From Yuukianura sp. NJ FZ-2021 (taxonomy: Eukaryota): a stretch of 64,000 nt of DNA. Made by a program: the position numbers and the translations under genes. How positions within the stretch are numbered: the stretch's first letter is position 1; the number at the start of each line of letters is the position of its first letter. The notes beneath the pieces were generated by a model. That model was not told where the DNA came from and ran no database searches. It was given only the letters and a program-made list of their open reading frames with translations. The stretch covers positions 4,340,001-4,404,000 of the forward strand of contig CM102287.1 of the NCBI GenBank assembly GCA_046563655.1. Direction: 5' to 3'. Below are positions 27,284 through 37,300 of the stretch, in pieces.

Positions 27284-28313
27284 ATGACAGATCGAGAAGA
27301 ATGCTGGGTTACCTTGGCTCGGTCGGATCGTGAAGGACTTGATGCCCTTGTCTGTTCGAAGGCTCTGCGGAGGTCATTGACCTCTAGGAAACGTACAGTG
27401 CTGATTACAGATGGGGTCACGCATCACATGAAGTAAGGTCATTGACCTTTGACCTTTGACCTTTTTGAGCATACTTCAGTATCTTAATCTTCGTTTTAGA
27501 TTCATCTTGAGCCAAGAGTACGACCATGTTGTAAGGATTGAACAAGATGACCTTCAAGGACTTGAGATCAACCAGATCAAATTGGTCCTGTGGACACTTA
27601 AGGCCTGGAACAAATGTGTCTTCCTTGATGCTCAATTGATGGTAACAAATTTTCTGCAAAATTTTGGAAATTTGATCTAAAGATTTTGTGTTTTAAAAAT
27701 TTCAGATTCGTGAAAACTGTGATGAACTTTTTGATCATGAGGAACTTACAATTTCTGAAACTGGAAGTATTTTGGTTCTCAAACCACAACTAGATACGTT
27801 CGAACAACTTTTAGAACAAGCTGAAAACACAAAAGATGCAAAAGGTGAAAAATCGAACATGCTCTGACCCACTTTTTTTAAATGACCTTTGACCCCAACT
27901 TTTTTTAAAAATGGTTTTCAGACATGGACTTATTAAAATCTTACTTCAAGGACCATCATCTTCTACCAGAAAATTTTGTGCAAAATTTGGAAAATCCGGA
28001 TTCACGAGCAACGTCAAAAATTTTAGATTGCTCCGGACACAATTTTGGTTTAAAAAACTCCAATTTTCAAAAGGTAGTGAAAGTTGTGAAATGCTAAAAA
28101 GTGTTTTTTCCCAGGACAGAAATATTTAATGAAATTTAGTCCTGAAAAATTTGAAAAATTGTTTTTTGAAAAATTGAAAACTTGGAACTACATTTTCTCG
28201 TTTTCACTAACAATTTTATAAATTTTCTTCATAATTTTAATTTTCAGGACCATACTCATCCCTGGGAATCAATTTACTACGAGGATGTGCTTCCATTTCT
28301 TCGTCAACAAAAA
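27284..28313 (+). CDS. N-terminal glycogenin-like domain (exons 1-5 of the fusion gene, 216 aa)
   Basis: Spliced translation MTDREECWVTLARSDREGLDALVCSKALRRSLTSRKRTVLITDGVTHHMKFILSQEYDHVVRIEQ...IKLVLWTLKAWNKCVFLDAQLMIRENCDELFDHEEL...ILVLKPQLDTFEQLL...DLLKSYF...WESIYYEDVLPFLRQQK is colinear with glycogenin (MTDQAFVTL...ALVL...[36 protein letters not shown]...VFVYQPSVETYNQLL...WWNIFTTNVLPLL). Confidence 0.87.
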
Positions 28314-31300
28314 GTAAGTCAATGAATTAATCACTTAAATTAAATGTAACATTATTTTAATAAAAATAATTAATAGTAATTAAAATTAAAATTGCATAAA
28401 TTAAATATAACAATTCTATAATTCTAACAACTTATACATTAGTAAGACTAAATCAACAGCGAAACTTTTCATCGGCAACACTATGTACGTATAGCACTAT
28501 TTTAATTTTTTCATGACTTTAGCGTACTGCAGTAGTGACTTACATCCAAGACTTGCTCAGTTCACTGGAGCTGCCTTCTGACCCCGCCCAAATGCCAAGA
28601 CCACCAGTATCACATGAACACGACCATTCCATTGCCGTGATTGGCATGAGCTGTCGCTTTCCAAGTGGCAACAGCCTGGACGAATACTGGGAAATGCTCA
28701 ACTCCGGCACAGACGCAATCAAATACTTTCCAGCCAACAGACCTCTGCGTTCCAGCGATGTTGATTTGGCCACTAAAATGAAAGCAGGATTTTTGACTTG
28801 TCCAGTAGACGAATTCGATGCAAAATTGTTCGGAATCAGCCCAAGAGAAGCGCCTTTTATTGACCCCCAGCAGCGATTGCTTTTAGAAGTGACGTGGGAG
28901 AGTCTGGAAAACGCTGGAATCAATCCACAGACACTGAGAGACTCCAACGCTGGAGTTTTTCTTGGAATTTGGCAACAAGATTACGAACGCCTTCTACCGG
29001 ATTCACTGTTGTCCACAAATGACTTTTTTCATCGGTACTTGGGAAACGAATTCAGCGCCACAGCGTCCAGGATTAGTTACTGTTTGGGACTTCATGGTCC
29101 AGCGATTGCGACGGAGTCTGGATGCTCTTCGGCGCTTGGTGGACTGCATCTTGCGTGTGAAAGTTTGAGACGCGGAGAAACTTCGCTGGCGATTGCTTCA
29201 GGAGTCAACTTGGTCCTGATTCCATTCAATCCCTTTTCTGGAAAAGGAGAAGAAGCAGTAGTACTTTCAAAGGATTTCAAATGTAAAACTTTCGATGAAA
29301 GCGCTGATGGATTTGTTCGGTAAGCTTGAAATTCTAGAAAATACAGTGAAATGGTTGAAAATAGCGTAATTCTTTGAAAAGTCGTAGAAATTTCAGGGAT
29401 TTAAGAAAAATCGTTCAAATTCTTTGAAAATAGCGCGATTTTCTGAAAATTCGTGAAAATTTCGGCGATTTAGGAAAAATCGTTCAAATTCAAAATCTTT
29501 AGAAATAGCGCGATTTTCCTGAAGCTTTAAACATTCTGCGTCATCAAGCATCAACTATTTATTTAAAAAGTTTTATAGCGTAGCGTTTAATTTGAAAATT
29601 ATCAAATGACAACAAAGTTTTGAAAAATCGCTGAAACTCTAGAGAAGTTTATTGAAAATTATTGAACGTCCTTTTTATTTTTAGAAAATCGATTAAATTC
29701 TTCTGGTTTTTTGAAAAATTGTGGACAAATAAGTCAATTTCTTTAGAAATTGAATAATTTTCAGCAAAATCAAACCAGGCTCATTCGATTGTTTGAAATT
29801 TCAGAGCCGAAGGTTGCGGAGTTATCATTTTGAAGCGATATGCCGACGCTGTTCGTGACGGTGACAATATTTTGGCGCTTATTCGCGGTTCAGCTTTGAA
29901 CAACGACGGAGCCGGAACCAGTTTCGGTACACCAAATGCAAAAGCCCAAATTCGCGTTTTCCGGGAAGCTTTGAAAAATGCTGGAGTGAAGCCTTCTGAA
30001 GTAAGTTTTCTGGAAGCCCACGGAACAGGTACAGTAGTGGGTGACCCCATTGAAATGTACGCAATTGGCGAAGTATATTCAGAAGGTCGTGAGGTCAATG
30101 ACCCCCTCATTGTCAGCTCCGTCAAAACGAATATTGGACACTGCGAGGCTGCTGCCGGAATTGCCAGTATCATCAAAATGATTCTTTGTCTGCGCAAGGC
30201 CAGTATTCCACCGCATTTGAATCTGAATAAACTCAATCCCCGGATTGACCTTGACCGAATTCCAGCCAAAATTCCAACAACAGCGATTCCATGGCCTGGA
30301 ACAAACAAAATCGGAGCAGTCAGTTCATTCAGCATGAGTGGAACCAACGTACACATGATTCTACAAGAAGCTCCAGCGATTTCACAAGAAAAAATCGCTC
30401 CAATCGCTGAATCAGCCGAAACGCCGCAACTCGTCACGATTTCAGCCAAATCTAAGGAAGGACTTACAGCTCTACTTGAGCGATACGCTGAATACTTGAA
30501 ATCGCTGCAAGGAAGCACACCATTGGTCGACATCGCTTATGCAACAAACACTGGAAGAGCAAACTTGACCCACCGTGTTGCAATTCTAGCCAAAACGGTA
30601 TCGCAACTCGAAACAAAATTGGGCAAAGAAAGTTACATTTCCGGTAAAATTTCATCGATTAAAAACAAAATCGGATTTTTGTTTACGGGTCAAGGGTCAC
30701 AGTACCTCGGAATGAGCCGAAACGCCTACGAAACATTTCCAGTATTCAGAACAGCGCTGGATCGCTGCGCAGTACTTTTCCAGGCCCACCTAAAACAGAA
30801 TCTCCATGAAGTTCTTTGGCGGGAAGATTTGAATTTGCTTGAAAAAACAATTTACTGTCAACCTTCAATCTTTTGTGTCCAGTATGCGCTGATCCAACTC
30901 TGGAAATCGTTTGGAATCACACCAGACTTTGTTCTAGGACACTCCGTTGGTGAATTTGGAGCAGCCGTTTGCGCAGGCGTGTTGACGCTGGAAGATGCCA
31001 TGACTTTGGTCATCAGTCGAAGTGAATTGGTCAACAAATTGAGTCCAGGAGCCATGCTAGCCCTGAGATTTCCACAAGAGAAGGTCATCAAGCTCCTACA
31101 AACTTTTAACAAAGAATCGCTTCCAGAAAATCGCTGGATTGATGTCGCTGCTGTAAATTCGCCTGAAGAAATTGTCGTTTCTGGAGGACTTGAAGCGATT
31201 GGACATTTTCGTGATGTTTGTCTCAACAATGGAGTCAAATTCGTTAACATTCCAGCATCTCATGCATTCCATTCTAGAGACATGGACAAAATATTGGAAG

Positions 31301-34300
31301 AGTTTGGATCAATCGCTGCCAAGGTCAAGGTCAACCAACCAAAATGTACTTACATCTCAGGAACGCTTGCAAAGCCACTGGAAGTTGTAGATTTCGGTCC
31401 CGACTACTGGCAGCGTCATCTCCGAGATACTGTCCACTTTTCAGAGGCCATTGACCTCTTGTATAATGACTGTAAAATCTTGGTCGAAATTGGACCACAA
31501 CCGATTCTCCTTGGACTGGCAATGGGCAATCTCCAGGACGTGGCTGCTGGAACATTCTGTCCATCTCTACGTAAAAACGAAGAAGATTCAACAACATTTT
31601 TCAGTACTTTGGGCAAATTGTATACAACTGGAATTGACCTTGACTGGACATCATGGTTTGGCCAGCGGCAAAAGCATCTAACACTTCCAAATTATCCGTT
31701 CCAGCGTCAAAAGTATTGGTTTTCTGGAGAAGAAGTGACAGGTCAAGTGATGGGTCTCAACACGCCTTTGATCCATCCGCTTCTCGGTCGACAGTTTCCG
31801 TCTCCCCTGGAAGATTTAACATTCTGCCAAACTTTTACAACCAAAGAAATAACGTGGGCTGAAGATCATCGTGTGGCAGAAAAAGTTATTATTCCAGCCG
31901 CTGCTTACCTTGAAGCCTTTTTAGCCGCGGGAAAACAAATCCTCCAATCAGGAAACCGCGTTCCGTTGATCATTGAGCAATTAGTTGTAGAAGCGGCTTT
32001 GGAACTGGAAAAACCTGTCCAAATTCAAACAATTGTCAAATCAATTCATCAAGAAAGTTCTGTCCAGTATAAGATTTCAATCAACCGACAACTGGAATCA
32101 CAAAATGATAAATGGAAAGTCCATTCTACTGCAACTTTTAGCCCAAGTTCGCGTCTTCCAGAACATCGATCAACTGATCTTGAGGTGATCAAAGGTCGTC
32201 TGACACACAAAGATTCTCTGACGTCTGTCTACGAAGCAATTTCAGAAATTGGAATCCAATTTGGCCCGAAATTCCAATCCATTTCAGAAGCTTGGTCAAG
32301 TGACGATGAACTGTTGACGAGAATTGTGCTTCCAGAGGGTCACGAATCCTACATATGTCATCCCATTGTCCTGGACGGTATCATCCAGACATGCGCATTT
32401 CGGGAGTACTTGAATGGTACCAAGGATACAACTAATGAAGACAAGCCATTAGTGTTGCCAGTGAGCATCAAGAAGTTTATTTGGTTGTCCCAGCCAACCA
32501 CGTCGACAGTCTATGCTCTCAGTTCCGGATCGGATGGAAACGTCAACTTGTACAGCGATGCTGGGGAACTACTTGCAGTAATGGAAGGACTTGATCTGAT
32601 CAAAACCAGTGTCTCAACGGTCATCCGTGCTCTACGGTCCTACGACTGTCTTGATGTCGACAGAATGACGGAAATCTGGAAACCGAAACTCAGTATCGCT
32701 CAAAACCGGATTGATTTGTCGGCACTTGCAATTCCATCTGGCAATACACCTTACGTCGCCGAGATTTTGCGGATTACAGGCGAACGGGCCTTGGAAGTGG
32801 GTGACCAAATTCCATCTTTGGCCATTCTGCATATCAATTACGTTTTTCGGAGTGCCTTGGAACTGCACTGGCCTTGGGGCAAGGTTGGATCGGTTCTTTC
32901 AACCGAAAAATGGCGACGACTTCTACCGTCTACACTGAATCCACTGACGATCGACGGATACTTTGAGGAAATGACCAAATATGGACCGTATCTGGCTCAT
33001 ACCGACGAACCTGGAACTTACACAATTCTTAAGGTCAGTAGGTCAAAGGTCAATTGACAACTTAAACAATCTTTAATGTAAAACTCATAACTTATTTCTC
33101 CAGGAAATACCCAGTATGGAACAGCTCGAACTGGAAATCAACAGTTGCGTAGCCAAACTCCAATCCTACGCAAGAGAAGGCGAAACTGGAGTCGGATTTG
33201 CCCAAAATTTTGGCGAACACATCACACGCGTGTTGCAAGGGAAGATGACTGGCCTCAGTGTTCTGTTTCCCGAAGATGACACAAAAATTGGAGCCATCAA
33301 GTACTACATGCACGGTGAGTTTTACGAATTTAGCGCTGGACTTGGCCTGGCCTTTGTTTGGGACACCCTTGCTCCATTGGCTGTTGCCAGCAACAGAGGA
33401 TCCGGTATTCTGCGAATTCTGGAAGTCGGAGCTGGATCGGGTGCTGGATTTATTCAACTGCGAGACAAATTGAACGAGTTGGGAATTCCATTTACGTTTA
33501 CATTTACCGATATCTCACCCGTTTTGGTATCCGAGGCTAAGAAGAAACTTGGACCGGACGTGCAATATCAGCTGTTGAACATCGAGGAAGATCCAATGTC
33601 TCAAGGATTTGCACCAGAAGAGTATGACTTTATCATTGCAATGCACGTAATCCACGCAACAGCTGACATCAAAGAATCCCTTACCAACATACACAAACTG
33701 CTGCGTCCTGGCGGTCGACTCCTGATCACTGAGCAATTTGGCATCATGCCGTCAATCACGTTTCCTTTCAGTATGCTCGATGGTTGGTGGAGATTTAAGG
33801 ACTTTAGGAAGCTGAGCCCATTGATTGACGAAGAAACTTGGAAACACTGCTTGAGCGAAACTGGATACAATCAGCTGGAAGCCATTGAGATGCAGGCAAC
33901 ACCGCTGGGAGCTGTGATTGGTCGAAAACAAGAATCAGCTGCTGTGATTGGTCAAACAAAGTCAGCTGACCCGCCGTCCGCAGCTCTAGGTTCGCAGAAA
34001 CCGTGGATTGTGTTCGACGACCAATCCGAGCTGGCCGAAAATATCGTTTCAAGACTAGCCAACTTTGGTAGAAAAGCACTCCGAGTAAGAATCGTTGACG
34101 AGGTCACTGACCTTCCAGAACAAAAAGATGACCTGATCGTGACCTCTCCAGATGACCTTCCGATCGCTTCCATTTTTGAATCCGATGGTGAACCGATCGA
34201 GGGCATTGTATATTTCTGGACTCACCAGGTTCCACAAAACGTTGAAGTAGAACAGAGGCGGCTAATTGTTCCCATCCTAAAAATGTTCCAGTCGTACCAC

Positions 34301-37300
34301 CGCGGCGGTCCAAGATGGAAACGAAAACCGAAGTTTGTTTTAGTAACACGCGGAGTTGCTTATATTGGAGACACTGTGGCTGGAAATCCAGTTGGTGCAA
34401 CAGCCTGGGGACTTGTCAAGTCTGTCATGAATGAGTATCCAGAACTGTCTAGTGTGCTGATTGACGTTGACCAAAACGGGTCAGAGGTCGAGTCGGAACA
34501 AGTTTTTGCCGAACTTTGGACCAGGAGCAAAGAAGCATTCGTTGGACTTCGGCAAGACAAAAAATTCGTTCAGCGATTGGTTTACATGGACAAGGAACCG
34601 ATTCCGCTAAATCTACCGAACACTGATCGCTTCAAATTTATCAACCCACCTTCTGGAGCGTTCTCTGACATCCAGGTAAACTTGAATTTCAATTTTAAAT
34701 TTTTTGAAAAGTTTTTCTAAAATTTTGAAATATTTCAGGTTGGTCCGTCCCAAAAACTGGACGTGAGTGGTGACTCAGTCGAAATTGAAATCCGTGCTAC
34801 AGCGCTGAATTTCCGTGATTTATTTATGGTTCTCAAACCAGAAGGTTTCAATCTACCGCTGGATCAGCTCGATTCTATTGGGCTGGATATCGCTGGAAAA
34901 GTTGTCGCTGTTGGTCCAGAAACGAAGCGATTTCAAGTTGGCGACAATGTGTTTGGATTTACATCGTCCGGTGGACTGGCCAGTCACGTCGTGGCTTCCG
35001 AGAAAGCGCTGATGCTCAAACCAGACTGGATGACTTTCGCTGAAGCGTCAACAATTCCTTGTGCTTTTCTCACCGCTTACGTTTGTCTCGTCGAAGTAGC
35101 AAAAACTACTGCACAGGATCGGGTTTTGGTTCATGTTGCTTCAGGGGGCGTTGGACTTGCAGCGATTCAAATTTTGAAACACATTGGGGCTGAAATTTAC
35201 GCAACAGCTGGAAACAAGCGAAAACGAGCCTACCTCAAAAACCTTGGAATCAAGTACATCTACCATTCGAGGAACACGAGTTACGGAGAAGGGATTTCAC
35301 GTGACACGCAAGGTCAAGGGGTCACCGTCGTCCTGAACTCTCTAACAGGTAAGATTTTTCAAAAATTAATCTAAAATTTTGATTTTTTGAAACTCAAAAT
35401 TGAAAATTTCAATTTCAGGGCCCAATTTCAAGGAAACTACTTTGGGTGTGTGCAGTCAAGGAGCAAGATTTTTGGAAATTGCAAAACTGAACATTTGGAG
35501 TAACGAAGAAGTGAAGGCCCTTCGACCTGATGTGGCTTACGACATTCTGGACTTAAGTACCATGGACACTTCTGAGGGTACTGGGCCCTTATTCGCCGAA
35601 ATGGAAAAGTACATACACCAAGGGATCTACAAGGGCCTCCCCAGCACTAACTTCCCACTGGACCAAGTTCGAAAAGCCTTCTACTACTTCCAAGAGGCCA
35701 AGCACATTGGGAAAATCGTCGTTACCATACCAACAGCATCCTACTCCAATGGAAAACTGACCCTTAGACATGACCTGTTTAACGCCCAGAGTACTTATCT
35801 CATCACAGGGGGTCTGGGGGGCCTTGGAGTTGAAGTGACCAAGTGGATGCTGACCAAGGGAGCCAAAAACATTGTCCTAGCTGGTCGAAGGCCCCCGGCT
35901 CCTCGTGTCCAAAAGTTAATCGATGACTGGAATGCTGGCGGTGGAAATGTGCTGGTGAGGCAAACGGATATTGGAGTCAAAGGAAACTGCGAAATGCTGT
36001 TGAGAGAAATCCAGGAACTGGGACTACCGCCGTTACGAGGAATTATGCATGCAGCGGGAATAATCAGCGATAATTTTATACCGAACCAAACGTGGGAGTC
36101 GATCGAAACTGTATTTGGTCCGAAAGTGTACGGTGGCTGGCATTTGCATGAACTGACGCTGAATTACTCGCTGGAATTCTTCGTTTTCTTTTCTTCCGTG
36201 ACGTGTATGTTTGGTATGATGGGACAATGCAACCATGTCGCTGCAAATCGCTTCCTCGATTCGCTGGCTTTTCTGAGAGAGTCAATGGGTCTTCCAGCCG
36301 TCACGATCAATTGGGGTAAGCAAGCAATTTTTTCGTCGTTTTTCGAAAATGTTTGCTTCAGTTTTCAAAAATGCTGGTTTCATTTGTAAATCGTTGATCC
36401 GTCACGATTAGGGGTATAAATCCGGCATTTTGACGGAATCGGATTCTTCCAAATCCGGATTTCATAAAAATGGAAACAGGATTTGATGGATTTTTCGTTC
36501 CATTTCAGAGTACGATATGCGAAAATAAAAAATTTGAAATAGGAAAAGCTAAATTTAAACGAAAAGTTATATCTTAAATCAAATTTAAAAAAAAAGTAAG
36601 CATTCCTGAGATCTGCAATCTACCTTTTCTGGCAGCACTAGGAGTTTAAAACCAGTCTTTATCCATCATTTTAAAAAATTACATAAATTTCTAATGTATT
36701 TTGAAATCCGGATTTAAATCAGGGTTTTTTAAACCAAAATCCGTCAAAATCCGAAATCCGGATTTGTAGAAAGCGGTGAGGGAGTCATACATACCTCTAG
36801 TCTCGATTAACTGGAGTAAAAATCCCCAAAGAATTTAGTTTAAAAAAAAATTTTTTTTTTTAATTTTGATTTCATTACACTTTTTTTGTGATACAGGAGC
36901 CTGGAGTGACGTTGGAGCCGCAGCACACATCAAGTTAGGTCAAGAAGGATTGTCTGGACTCCGTGCTTTCACACCAGCTCAAGGCACTGCAGCGCTGGAA
37001 AAGGTCATGAAAGGTCATTCGCTGCAAGTCGGGGTCATCGATGTCAGTGATTGGCGGTTGCTGAAACTCATGGTTTGTGGTACTGGTCATTACTTGGACG
37101 AAATGAAATCAGATGACCGTGAGGTCAAAGGCGGCGGAGGTGAATTTGACCACTTAATTCAAGAAATCCAAGCTGCCAGTCCAGACGAACTTGAAGACAA
37201 AATCAGAATTTTCATGATCCACATTCTAAAAGACACGCTGAAACTTCCAGAAGCAGAAGTGGTTGACCTTGACCAAAATTTTAGTGAACTCGGAGTCGAT

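Noticed and set aside
29781..30533. 250-aa minus-strand ORF and other ORFs overlapping the PKS
   Set aside because: Antisense or off-frame shadows of the PKS coding sequence.
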